Assembly (NCBI RefSeq): GCF_006345805.1
Contig: NC_043003.1
Span: forward strand, 56,110,001 to 56,174,000
Direction of reading: 5' to 3'
From: Octopus sinensis
Lineage: Eukaryota
DNA: 64,000 bases
In this document: piece by piece, positions 13,663 to 26,623 of the stretch
How the letters are laid out: every line of letters starts with the position of its first letter
Position numbering within the stretch: position 1 is the stretch's first letter
Translations under genes and position numbers: made by a program
Notes under the pieces: model-generated
The model's input: only the letters and a program-made list of their open reading frames with translations
Databases searched by the model: none
Told to the model about the DNA's origin: nothing

Positions 13663-14039
13663 AGCTTGTATATGGCTCTGGGTTCAGACCCACTACGTGG
13701 TACTTTGGGCAAGTGACTTTTACTATAGCCTCGGGCCGACCAAAGTATTGTGAATGGATCTGGTAGACAGAAACCGAAAGAAGCCCGGCGTATAATTGTA
13801 TATATATGTGTGTGCGTGTATTTTTGTGTGTCTGTGTTTGTCCCCCTAGCATTGCTTGACAATCGATGCTGGTGTGTTTATGTCCTCGTCACTTAGCGGT
13901 TCGGCAAAAGAGACCGATAAAATAAGTACTAGGCTTACAAAAGAATAAGTCCCGCTGTCGATTTGCTCGATTAAAGATGGTGCTCCAGCATGGCTGCAGT
14001 CAAATGACTGAAACAAGTAAAAAAGTAAAAGAGAGTAAA

Positions 14040-14040
<1 letters not shown>
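13660..14040 (+). mobile_element. SINE family B (tRNA-like head, internal TA/TG microsatellite, 3' body)
   Basis: gggttcag..ttgggcaagtg..tactatagcctcgggccgaccaaag head; body gtttgtcccc..cttagcggttcggcaaaagagaccgat..gctccagcatggc..tgactgaaacaagtaaaa. Confidence 0.8.
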
Positions 14041-14079
<39 letters not shown>

Positions 14080-14232
14080 CTACAGGAATCTTATATGTAT
14101 ACCATTCTGCCTAAATAATGGAACTGAAAATTCTATATCCCTGCATATGTCACGTCTATTTTCATTCCTCCACTTTACTCTCTATTTCATATCTTATCTA
14201 GAATAACTACTGCTTAATCATTTTCTTACACC

Positions 14233-14280
14233 GTCTCGGATGAAGGAATGTATAAAATATCCCGGAAACAGCTATAAGAC
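14233..14280 (+). ncRNA. Decayed minimal type I hammerhead motif
   Basis: gtct-CGGATGA-aggaatgtataaaatatcccg-GAAAC-agct-ATA-agac; stem I intact, U4 and G16.2 substituted. Confidence 0.5.
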
Positions 14281-14343
14281 ATTTATTTATAAATGTTCCG
14301 CAATCTTTCAAAGACTTGTGTTTTTATCTTATTCTGTTAATTA

Positions 14344-14432
<89 letters not shown>

Positions 14433-14601
14433 TATATGTATATATTTGTGTGTCTCTGTTTATCCTCCATCATCGCCTGAAAACTGATGTTGATGTGTTT
14501 ACGTTACGTAACCTTCCTTTTTGGCACAACAGACTGATAGAATAAGTAAAAGGCTTGCGAAGAATAAGTTATGAGTTCGAGTTTTCGACTGAATATATAT
14601 G

Positions 14602-14633
<32 letters not shown>

Positions 14634-14674
14634 TATATATATATATATATATAATTATCAAGTACTCACCCCGA

Positions 14675-14717
<43 letters not shown>

Positions 14718-16239
14718 CATACATACATACATACCTACATATACATGTATAAATTCCGTAAATGTATAAATTTTGTTCATATATTCTACAGAATTGAAGA
14801 TTGCGCTATTCAGATTCATCTTGGTGACATTCCGCGCGTTATATCTATGTACGTTGTCCAACTTTTAGTTTACTCATAACATTCATCATTCATCTCCTTT
14901 GGGTTTATTATTTATGCATAATATATTCTTGATTTCGAAGCATTGGCTAGGTTTCTTGTGCGTCATTTGTAATGACCGGTACACCTTGTAATATGAACAT
15001 AGAATTATCGACCAGAAGCAGAGAATATAAATATAAATATTGTTACTTCTTATTCTTCGGTTTCATTTATCATGTACTGAATATATGAATGTCTACAAAG
15101 ATGTGACTTAAGAAACGAAAGCAACAGTAAATACATCATGCTAAAAAAAAATCATTACGTATTGAAAAATACAACCCTCATAAAAAGCAATAAATGATTT
15201 ACAATAAATAGCAATTAAGAAGAAAGTGTAAGGCTTACTATAAATAATTATTTATAGTAAGCCTTCTTATGCTTCCTGCATTAATTATTCTAACGCTGAT
15301 GCTTTCAGATAGACGTGTGTGTGTGCAAGTTCCGTCACTCCATAATTTGGTTTCTGAGCAAGAATATTTATTGCAAATATTTTACGTCGTTTGCATTTGC
15401 CTAAATAGTTAGAAAAAAAAGTTAGTCATTTACTATTATTTTTTTTTACTCTTCACTGCATTTTACTCTTCATTCCTAGTAATGTTGTTGATAGTCGCTG
15501 TATTAATATGTTAACATGAACTACAGTATTATTTTTCTTATGTGAATTGCATCTGTCAATAATATATTCCCGAAACAATTATATTTTCCTAGAACAACCA
15601 ATCAATGTACACAATAGCATTTTTGTTCCTTATTTTTTAATCAACACGCCGGCAAGTAGAGTAAAGCCTGTGCTCCCTGACGAGGTTGCAGCTTTCTTTC
15701 TTTCATTTGTAAATCAAAGTACGGGCATGCATACGTTTGTGCAAATGTGTGTGTGTATTTGTGCGTGCTCGCATTTCACGCTGCACTGAATACGTCATTA
15801 CAAGCCTACGCGCAGCATTCTCAGTTTTTGCAAGTATTACAGGCGCCTAGATAGACCAGCCATTGCAACTGCAATGCGTTCACTTATAACTATACATATA
15901 CATATCAAAATGTCAAATTCAACAGAACTGCACTACAGAGTACATTAATTACTGATGGATCTACTCTGCAGTTACAAAATCATAGACCAGTTTTATCTCC
16001 TTTTATCATAGACAAAATGAACCAAGAAACTTGTGAAATATGTCACATAACTTTCAAGCCACAACGCAATATTTTTCCTCAGAAATATATTATATATTTC
16101 AACCATACGGATATTATATATAATTACAGCACTGTACTGTTCTGTACACATGCAATTTTAGTTTTCACACATATGCATAAATGCACATATAATATATCGG
16201 TTTCAAATTTTAGCAGAAGGCCAGCAATTTTAAAAGGGA

Positions 16240-16390
16240 GGGTAAGTTGATTATAATGACCCCTGTGTCCACTTATTGTATTGACTCACGCGTTGATATG
16301 AGCGGAATTTGAACGCAGAACGCAAGGACAGAGGAAATACCATAAAGTATTCTGCCCGAGGCGGTAACGATTCAGCCAACTTCCTGCCTT
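16240..16390 (-). mobile_element. Family A SINE, degraded
   Basis: gcggaatttgaacgcagaacgc..ctgcccgaggcggtaacgattcagccaac. Confidence 0.65.
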
Positions 16391-16631
16391 ATATATAAAG
16401 AGTTTGGATTTATTGCTATGTCTTGTTTGACCGGAAAGTTATATCTGATTTTTCAACATTCCACTATTTACATTAATTTCTTTCTCGGCTTTTGGCGTTT
16501 TTTCTCTCGTCTTCTCATCCTGTTTTAGCCTGTTATGCCATGCGGGCACCGCCTCAGCATTGCATCAAGGTACCAGACGTGTCAATAAATGCTATCGGAG
16601 ATACGTTCATCACATGAAACTATCACCGGCT

Positions 16632-16677
<46 letters not shown>

Positions 16678-16689
16678 ATATATTATATA

Positions 16690-16735
<46 letters not shown>

Positions 16736-16739
<4 letters not shown>

Positions 16740-18330
16740 GTGGGGAAATAAATATTTGTACATGTCAAAATGCGTTATTTATTTAATTTCTAATGAACAT
16801 AAATGGGATATACCAATACTATATTTACATACACATACATAAACTAAGAATATTCAAAAGAAACTAATAAATTGTAGTGACTAAAGAATTTATATATAAT
16901 CATAAATATTTAGGGGTGAAAAAAGTATTCGTAAATAATAAATTTAGGATTTTCTATGCCACAAAATACTGGTAAAATATTTTTTTTACTAGAAACTTCT
17001 CCTTTGTTCCAATAATCTTATCAGTTGTCATTTTAAAGTGTGAAAACGCTAGCTTCTTAATTCAGCACTGAGACAATATAAAGTAGTATCGTAATAATGG
17101 CGAAACGTAAAGAACTCACAAATACTTAATTATTGAACAGTGGAAATCAGGTAAAAGTTGCAGAAAAATATCAGAGACCCTTTGTATTCCATTTATTCAA
17201 AGATGTAAAAAATCGGGAACTGTTGAAAACAGAATAAGATCCAGTACACCATGCAAGATTTCCCCTAGATCTTTAAGAAAAACTAAGTGAAGAATTGAAA
17301 AAAACGCAATGATCACCAGAAAGGAGTTGCAAGAAGATTTGTTAGCTTCAGAGTCTAGTGTTAGACTATGAACAATCAGTAATGAACTTCATAGAAATGA
17401 ACTGAAGTCACGCTCTCCTGGAAAAACTCCTCTGTTGACTAAAAGGCATAGAGATGTCCGATTAAAATTTGTTTATGAACATAAAGATAAACCTGATACA
17501 TTCTGGGAAAATGTTCTATGGACAGACTAGTCGAAAACTGAATTGTTTGGAAGAAATTCCAAACAATTCAATGTTTGGAAGAAAGATGTTTGTAAAGATG
17601 GTACTGCCTATTCACTACCATAAAGTTTGAAGGTGGCAACATCAAGGTGTGGGGGTGTTTCTATGCAAATGATACTGGCAATTTACATGTGATAGATGGT
17701 AGAATGAATGCAGAGGTGTACCAAAATATTTTGAACAATAATTTATGGGACTCTGTAGAAAGACCCCAGCTTTGTGAAGGATGGGTTTTACAACTGGATA
17801 ACGACCCTAAGCACACGGCGAAATCTACCAAAAAATGGATTGTTGATCACAATATAAAATTATAAAATTCCGAAAGAAACATGTGAGTCATTGATTAAGA
17901 ACTACAAGAAAAGAGTGGTTGAAGTGGAACTGAATAATGTTTATGCGAATTATCAGTTATTTATGTTCTGTACGAATACTTTTTTCACCCCTAAATATTT
18001 ATAATGGTATATAAATTCCTTAGTAAATATAATTTATTAGTTTCTTTTGCATGGTCTTAGATTATGTGCATGTGTATGCAAATATAATAAACTTAGATAA
18101 ACTTAGATATGTTTCGACCAAAGATTGGTCCAGGCCATGTCTAACTTAATAGCACCACCTGATAGGATTATTCGAATCCTGTTTAAGTTAAGTTTTTGTT
18201 TAAGTCAAGTTTTGTTCAAGTAGTGTGTTCTTGTTGGGTGAGTTGTATCCAGTTTTGTTCATCCCATTTATTTTCATTAGAAATTAGATAAATAAAGAAT
18301 TTTGACATGTACGAATATTTATTTCCCCCA

Positions 18331-18333
<3 letters not shown>
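16736..18333 (+). mobile_element. Tc1 (DD34E) transposon with long IR-DR terminal repeats, pseudogenised
   Basis: TIRs cag(a)gtggggaaataaatatt(t/c)gtac at both ends in TA runs; inner repeats taggggtgaaaaaagtattcgta; transposase from ATG 17097 with VWGCF..IDGRMNAEVYQNIL..QLDNDPKH; SPDLNPIE region deleted. Confidence 0.92.
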
Positions 18334-18383
<50 letters not shown>

Positions 18384-18505
18384 TGTGTGTGTATGTGTCT
18401 GCGTGCGCGTGTGTATATAAGAAAATCGAATGAAAATTTTCTATAATGTATAAGCGTAATTAATAATACTAATATCAATTACAACAGAAATGATAATAGC
18501 AATAA

Positions 18506-18564
<59 letters not shown>

Positions 18565-19228
18565 CAACAACAACAACAACAACAATAATAACAGTAACAA
18601 CAACAATAAAAGCAAGAATGATAATAACATTGCAAGATATCAATTATGGAGTTTAGTTGTTGAGAAAGCAGTTACCATGGTAGAATATTTGATGAAATGT
18701 CCATTGTTGACGGGATTAATTCATTCGATGTCAGCCAAGGGTTTCAGAGGAATTGAAAACAAAAGCAGCGAACGATCGATCAATTGTCGATGAATCAATC
18801 AATCAATAAAATCACGGTATGTTATAAAACCATTGAACGTTATATAAATAAATAATATTTGCTTCTAATATCGATAATTTCACGTCGCCATGTCGATCTT
18901 TGTCTATGTCGTCATTCTCCTCCTACTACTCCGTCTCCATCTCCTCCTTCTCATCATCATCATCATCCTTATCATCATTATCATTGCCATAGTCGTCCTC
19001 CTCAATCTCCGTCTTCTCATCACCATTAGCATCATCATCATTGTCACCGGCAGTGTCGTCTTCGTCTTCGCCGTCTTTAGTTTTCGTCATCGTCGTTGTC
19101 ATGATGGTCATCATCACTGAGACAAAAACCTCCATCTTTTTCCTTTCTTTCGTTATCTCATTTATTTTCTTTTGATTGTTCATGTACAGTAATAACATCG
19201 TCGTCGTCATCCAATCATCCGCTAAATA

Positions 19229-19767
19229 GGCGCAGGGGTGTCTGTTTGGTAAGTAGCTTGCTTGCAAACCACATCATTCCGGGTTCATTCCCACTGCGTG
19301 GCACCATCAGCAAGTGTCTTCTACTATAGCCTCGGGCCGACCAAAGCCTTGCGAATGAATTTGGTAGACGGAAACTGAAAGAAGCCTGTTGCATATATGT
19401 ATGTGAGTGACCCTCTTCGGTCAGACAATGACCATGGGTTTGCACCTAGAGAGTTACTCTCTGAGGCACAAGTCTGGGCAAGGTTGTTTTTTATGGAAGA
19501 CCAGCAGTTGCCTTTGCATACCGGCCTCCCCTCTCCACGTCACCGATGTTGTCCAAGGGAAAGGCAAGGGCCGATACAGCTTGGCACCTGTGACGTCGCA
19601 ACTCATTTCTACAGGTGACTGAACTGGAGCAACTTGAAATAATGTGTCTTGCTCAAGAACACAACACGCAGCCCAGTCCGGGATGCGTGTTGTGTTCTTG
19701 AGCAAGACACTTTATTTCACGTTGTTCTAAATATATGTATGTATATATATACATATACATATATATA

Positions 19768-19830
<63 letters not shown>

Positions 19831-19836
19831 ATACTT

Positions 19837-19879
<43 letters not shown>

Positions 19880-20100
19880 CTTATGTATGTGTGTATATTT
19901 TTGTTTGTCTGTGTTTGTCCCCCAACATCGCTTGATAACCGATGGTAGTGTGTTTACGTTTCCGTAACTTAGCGGTTCAGCAAAAGAGTCCAATAGAATA
20001 AGTACGAGGCTTCCAAATAATAAGACCTGGGGCGGTTTGCTCGACTAAAAGCGGTGCTCCAGCATGGCCGCAGTCAAATGACTGAAACAAGTAAAAGAGT
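19229..20100 (+). mobile_element. SINE family B, interrupted by a family C SINE and microsatellite
   Basis: Head at 19229-19400, body at ~19905-20100. Confidence 0.8.
19409..19683 (-). mobile_element. SINE family C (Meta/V-like core ttgtgttcttgagcaagacact)
   Basis: Homologous to 36610-36860; related 5' core at 41850-42130. Confidence 0.75.
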
Positions 20101-20209
20101 AAATCACATATCATTCTCAAAAAAAAAATCTTCAAATTCTTTCTGACTTACACGTGTTTTTTTCACATTTGGTATTTGTTTTATTTGTTTTACCGCTGTA
20201 TAATATTTG

Positions 20210-20415
20210 TTTCGAATATTAAGCACAAGACCAGGAATTTCAGTGGTGAGGGCTAAGTCATTTGTATCGATCCCAGCATTCAATTGGCACTTATTTCATC
20301 GATCTCAAAGGACTAAAGACAAAGGCAACTTCTGTGGAATTTGAACTCAGAACGCAAAGTCGGACGAAATGCTACATTTCGCCCCACGTTGTAACGACTC
20401 TAACAACACGCCACC
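20210..20415 (-). mobile_element. Family A SINE
   Basis: gtatcgatcccagca..tttcatcgatctcaaagg..ggaatttgaactcagaacg. Confidence 0.7.
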
Positions 20416-21214
20416 TTATTTCTGTGTAATATTAGTTTGATTTATGAATGTTTGAATACATGAAAACATATTGATATGGTGATTTTTCCAACTTCATAGA
20501 TAATTATCGCCCCTTTGTCCCTCCACATTGTCCATGGCATTTCTCATTTTCGTCCACAGCTTTTCTGACGTTCGTCCGCAGTATTTCTAACTTTCCGTGC
20601 ATGACTTTTAAGTCTATTCAGTCTCGCTTCAGATCTGCATTCTTTGAAGCCTTGGTCATGGCAAAAAGTTGTCACAGTTCTGTCGCTATAGTACTTGCAG
20701 TAAATGGAATGAATAACCAATTATTTTATAAAGACACAGCTGCACTTCATTGGATTATAGTGATAAATGCCTGTACATTGTGAGTACCATTCTATGAGAC
20801 TCCGCGACTGGGAACTAGTAACAGGTCGATGCGTTATGACCAGCAATCCTGTGATTAGGGAAGAAACCTTACATTTACGATGTCAACTGTAATATCGCTT
20901 CCTTGAAACCGAGGCTCGTCCCATCCTACCATGTGATCAATCAGCAAACATTATTTTGGAACTCCGGGCTCCAGAAAACAGCTGTTGGATTTGTAATACT
21001 TTTATTCAATCTCTTTAATTATTTGTATCGTTTGTATTTTGTGTAAGTCGGATATTTTTTATAAGTATACATTTATATATATATTTTCATATATATATAC
21101 ATATATATGTGTGTGTGTATGTGTGTGTTTAGAAGGTTGAAAAGTGACACACGAGTTCATGTGTATAAGGAAAATAAGACAAGGTAGAAAATGCTAAAAT
21201 ACATTTTGTAAAGG

Positions 21215-21251
21215 TTAGTACCGGTTTCACCTTTTCGACTTTTTCAACTAA
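21215..21251 (-). ncRNA. Minimal hammerhead motif, U3-A8 core, 3' of the Penelope ORF
   Basis: Minus strand: ttag-TTGAAAA-agtcgaaaaggt-GAAAC-cg-GTA-ctaa; stem II weak. Confidence 0.5.
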
Positions 21252-21363
21252 GAGTAAAACAAGAAAACAATTAAATTGAAGAAAACAATTAATGAAACGT
21301 TCTGTAAATATTTCTATAGTCTTCAAATAGACAGGACATTTTCCTTTTTCCTGTCTGTCTGTC

Positions 21364-21403
<40 letters not shown>

Positions 21404-21619
21404 TCCCTCTCAATCTCTCTACACTTTTACTTTGTAAAGGTTCGTTAGGTAGTAGCAGAAGAAATAGAGTTTATAGGTGCAGAGAAATATTTGGTTATGA
21501 TGTTTGATGGTTTAAGCAGGAGCAGCCAAGGGAGGAAACGGAGATGAAGAAGTGGAAGAAGAAGAAGAAGAAGAAGGAGAAGAAGAAGAAAGGAGGAGAT
21601 GAAGAAGGCTAAGAAGAAG

Positions 21620-23890
21620 AAGATAGGAATGGTATGACCCAGTAGTGGGCCCGTCCATGGGATTTACTTTAATGGTCAACTGACTTAAAAGTGACCTGTT
21701 GTGGTTGTAGCAGTAGTGGTAGGCACTGTTCTAAATAAATTCATGGGTAGCGACAGTTCTTAATGTATCTACCGTTTTTATATTTGCGTGGGTATTATTC
21801 TCAGATCCTTGTAATAATGTCATCTGTGGTGGAAGCATTCAAAAGAGTTTATATTTAGCGATACAATATGATTTTTTGCTATGGCAATGACTATAGGTTG
21901 CATTGTTCGTAAATTAATTGACGGGAAAATGGTCTCATTGTTTAGGAGTTTGGGTGTTGCTATGTAAGGTAGGGCTTTTTGCTGTAATTCTTTCTTTACT
22001 TTGGGATGTCTGAGTTCGTGCATGTATTTTAGTGATGGTAGTTAATTCCTGCTGATGAGTGTATTCTTTAGCTGATGTAGTCGTGTGTCCATTGTGCTTC
22101 TATTAGATACTATAATGCCAATCCTTTTTACCAGGCTGAAAGGGATTTTTATTCTAGTGTGTCTGGGGTGGCATGAGGTGAACGGTAGATATGGCGTGGG
22201 TTCCATGGGCTTATAATATGTGCCTGTGTCAATTTTGCTGTTGGATTTCTCAATTAGGATATCGAGGAATGGAAGATGTTGATGCCTATATTCCATCGCA
22301 AATTGAATATTTATGTCAAGTCCAGTTAGAAGTGCTTGAAATTCTTTAAGTCTCTGTATACTTTCCTGCCAAAGAATTAAGCAGTCATCTAGATATCGCT
22401 TCCATTATTTTACTATGTAAAGAGAGACGAGTATCCGTATTTTTCTAGTACATTTGATGCGGTGTGGAAGTTCATTGGAATACTTCTCTAGGCGGAATTG
22501 GATTGCTTCTATTCGTAGGTTGTGGGGGATATTAGAATAGAGGTTGGCATCGAAGGATACTAGTAGGGTTATTTAGTAATTCTTTCGGGGAGGTAGTTGA
22601 AAATATCTACGTCGTTCCTTATGTAGCTTCAAATATGCTTCAGGAATGGTTTTAAGAGGGTATCTAAAAGGTTGCAGAGGCCTTAAGTTTCGCATGCGGG
22701 GCCTGCTATGAAAGGTCTTAATTTGAGGTCATTAGGTGGAGGTACATTGATTATTATGTCTGTGGTTCCCTGCATGCATAACTAATTTTTAAAAAATTTT
22801 TGTGTATCTTAGGAATACTGTAAAATTGACCGGTTCATCAAAGATTTTAGGCTTCTCATTATTTTTCTGCTGACTGTAGTGTTGACCCTTTCCATAGTAT
22901 GCTGTGTCATCTAATATGGATAGCACTAGATGTATATGGTATAACGTGTCCATTAAGTCTACAGCACTCCTTTTTTTCACCTTTTTGATTGTTATTGTTT
23001 GAATATTCTTTAATCTATTCAGCTCAGCCAATTCCTTTTTGCTGAAGTTTGGCTTCTCTTTCTATTTTGTATATGTTCATATGAGTAATTCTTAATGTGT
23101 TCACAGAAATGGCCAAGAATTTAGTTCTTAAATTTTGAGAGGGTGTAGTTACTTCTATTTCTGGCTAACGATTCGTCGTCGTGTCTGTTGTATAGTTCCA
23201 CGGCAAGTCGTAATTTTCTCCAAAAAAATTCCGTTACGTCTTCTTTCATTTCGTTGTAGTTTGGACGTTGGTGTGTCGGGGTGTTTGTGTAAATTTGAGC
23301 CCATTGGAGAGTATGTTGATTTAGTCTGGTGTTAGTTCTTTGTGAGTTAGATTGATGACTTTTATTACTTTTGGTTTCTCCTGTATGTCTGGTAATATCT
23401 CGTATTCATGTGTCTGTGTACTGGATCTAAAAAATGTTGAGTTGAGTGGGACGGTAGCTGTTACGTAGTTGTCCCCTTTTATTGTGTAGTGCCCTGTTGT
23501 CGTGATTTATGGTGCAGGGTCTTAGATGGGGATTGAAAATTGCGCTCCTATATTCCATGTTCAGATGTGGCGCATTAGAGGGACGTCATCAGTTATTATT
23601 TCGCGAGATATGGGTTTGTTGTGCGAGGTTGTTAAGTGGATTCTTGGAATAAAAATTACGTTGGTATCTCTTTATGGGGTGAGGGGTAATTTCTATCCTG
23701 TAGGTAATGATTTCTTATTTCTTTGTCTGTTCTTGGATGGGTTATGAAGTTAGGGTTCGCAAAACCTAATATATGTGTTAACTTGCTCAGGGCATCGAGA
23801 GTAATACGTTGGTCAATCTAAAAATAGTCTACGCCAGAGGATGACCGTATATAGATTCCAGATTAAAATACGAGAACACAGAAAAAATAG
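21620..23890 (-). mobile_element. Penelope-like element (PLE) reverse transcriptase remnant
   Basis: VINLTHKELT..LSNGLKFTQTP; ITIKK; LRPFIAGP; WKRYLDDC (YLDD at 22395-22384); LPFLDILI; YYKP..YLPFTSCHPRHT..IPFSL. Many stops; GTAMG-type motif and GIY-YIG endonuclease not found. Confidence 0.9.
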
Positions 23891-24510
23891 TAGGGTAGAA
23901 TCTGAAGAAAATCAAATGGTTATTTTCATATTGGAACAAACGAAAATTTAATTAAACGACGTAATCCAAACCATAAATATAGTTTTGGAAACAGAAATAA
24001 GTTGTGTAGCACCATTTTAAGTAAAATTATATGGAACTTAATGAATGATTATAAATTATATAATAAATGGCTAATACTAATCATGGTAGATCTCATAAAA
24101 TTGCTGATTATAGATGTAACGTTTGTGTAGAGGAAATATATCAAATTTTAACATCAAAACAGAAATTTCTTAACGATAAAAAATAACGTGTTTTGATATT
24201 GTAAACACTCTTCAAAACGTGTTTAGAAAATATAATTAAATCTAATTGATTATTTGGATTATTAGGTATAAAAGTACAAACTATTTTAGATAATTAAAGT
24301 TTATATTGCTATAGAATCTTTAGTATGTATATATGTATGTGCATGTGTGTGTAGATATTATGCATGTATGTATGTATATGTGAATACGTATGTGTGTATA
24401 TGCATATATGTAGTTTGAGGTTTGTAACTTATACATATAGCTATATATATGTAGGTATGTGTGTGTATGTATTTGTATATTTATGTATATGTGTGTGTAC
24501 GTATATTTAC

Positions 24511-24558
<48 letters not shown>

Positions 24559-24904
24559 CATTATTATTATTATTATCATCATCATCATTATTATTATTAT
24601 TATCATAATTATTTAGTAAATTGATTAGAATCATTTATTTAATATCATTATTTTATTAAGTAATATAATACTAAAGATGTATTAATGTAAAATTACATTG
24701 TAAATTATCTTATAATACCGTTTATTTAAATTCCATTATAGTACATTATAATTCTATATTAGCTACAATTATTTTAAATAGTTAGCTGGCTTTAAATTTG
24801 TAAAAATTATAATTATAATTACAATTATAAATTATTTTTTTATTTTACTTTTAGTTAAACATGTTTTATGTTGATGAATAATTATCTGAATATATATGCA
24901 AGTA

Positions 24905-24989
<85 letters not shown>

Positions 24990-25412
24990 GGTGTGTGCGT
25001 GCGTGTGTGTACGTCTGTATCTCCGTGTGTGCGCGTATGTATGTATAAGTATTGATATCTATATGTATGTATTTGTTACCTCATTTTTGTTAATTTTCAT
25101 TATATATTTGGGTAAATGAAAACTTATATGTATTATGTATTGATATGTGTATATATGTATATATATATATGTGTGTGTGTGTATCTATATATGTATATAT
25201 ATATATGTGTGTGTATATGTGTATATGTGTATATGCATGCATGTATGCGTGTGTCTATATATGTGAGTATATTGTAAGGATTACGGTATATTATGTTCCG
25301 TTAATAAACAAAATGATTTTAGTATAGGAAAATAGTAATTATGATGATATTAAAGTCATTAAGAAGATTTAAAGTAATGTTATTTTATATTGAATGATCT
25401 GAAATCTAATTA

Positions 25413-26623
25413 TATTAATTCGTCAAGTATCAAATTTGTATTAAGGTATATCGTAAACTTTGACAGCTGCTTATTTTGCATCATTATTATATTTTGACAC
25501 TCTTTATTTTTGTTAGAATGCTGACACATCTATTTCTTTATTGTAGCTCATTTTGCGCCTTACAAATTATTTATAAATCGGTTTTTCCTACTTTTGTTTA
25601 GAGATGGATAAGTTGGAAATTTGTACAGTTTTGAAATATGACTCTTTTCTTGGAAATACAGCATCACAGACAGCTCTGAATATTGATGGGGTATTTCCTT
25701 CTAATGTTATTACTCAGCAGAAAGTATAAAATTGGTTTGGAAAATTTCGTTCTCAAATGAGGAACGCAGTCGACCAGAAACAAAGGTGGATAAGGACGAA
25801 CTGAAAGCCACCGTCGATTCAGATCCATCTCAAAATGTCCGTGAATTATCGTTGTTATTTGGTGTTAGCAAGCAAACAATACTGACTCACATAGTTCAAA
25901 TCGGTAAAGTGAAACAGTTGGATAAGTGGGTTCCAAATGAACTGAATGAAAATTAGAAACAGCAACGTTTACTATTTTCTCGTCATAAAAATGAATCATG
26001 TTTTAATCGAATTGTAACATGTGATGAGAAATGTATCCAATACAACAACCGTAAACGCTCAGCACAGTGGTTGGACAAAGACGAGCCACCAAAACAGTCC
26101 AAAACACAAAATTCATGGAAAGAAGCTGATGGTGTGTGTTTGGTGCTCTGGTGCAGGTGTGATCCATTATGATTTCATTAAACCTGGCTCATCAATCACG
26201 GCCGAAGTATACTGCAGCCACCTGGACCAAATGATGCACAAACTTACAAAAAAACAGCCTAGATTAATAAACAGATCCACCCCTATTTCATTGCAAGACC
26301 ACACATCGCAAAAATGACATTACCGAAACTAAAGGAGTTGGAGTTGGAAGTTCTCCATCATCCACCATACTCACCTGATCTTGCCCCCACTGACTACCAT
26401 TTCTTCCAGAATTTGGATAACTTTTTGATAGGAAAAAATTCCCACAACGCTGTAAAACAGACCTTCCAGGATTTTATTGACTCTACATAGTCAAGCTTTT
26501 ACAGTTCCATTGAAATAGGAAAAGTGTAATAACCATAGGGGTGAATAAAGCTATTCTTGGTATTTATAAAGCATTGGCAAACATTTTTTCTTTTCTACAA
26601 ATTTCATAATTGACGACCTAATA
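25413..26623 (+). mobile_element. Near full-length mariner (DD34D) with decayed transposase
   Basis: 28-bp TIRs tattaattcgtcaagtatcaaatttgta / tattaggtcgtcaattatgaaatttgta (24/28); ATG 25604; LDKWVPNEL, RIVTCDEK, KKLMVCVW, HPPYSPDLAPTDYHFF. Confidence 0.93.

Noticed and set aside
16017-16250. CEICHITF as a C2H2 zinc finger start
   Set aside because: No histidines at the required spacing and no TGEKP linker.
20561-20785. Apparent exon (ttttcgtccacag ... gtgagt)
   Set aside because: No continuous recognisable frame and no partner exons found.
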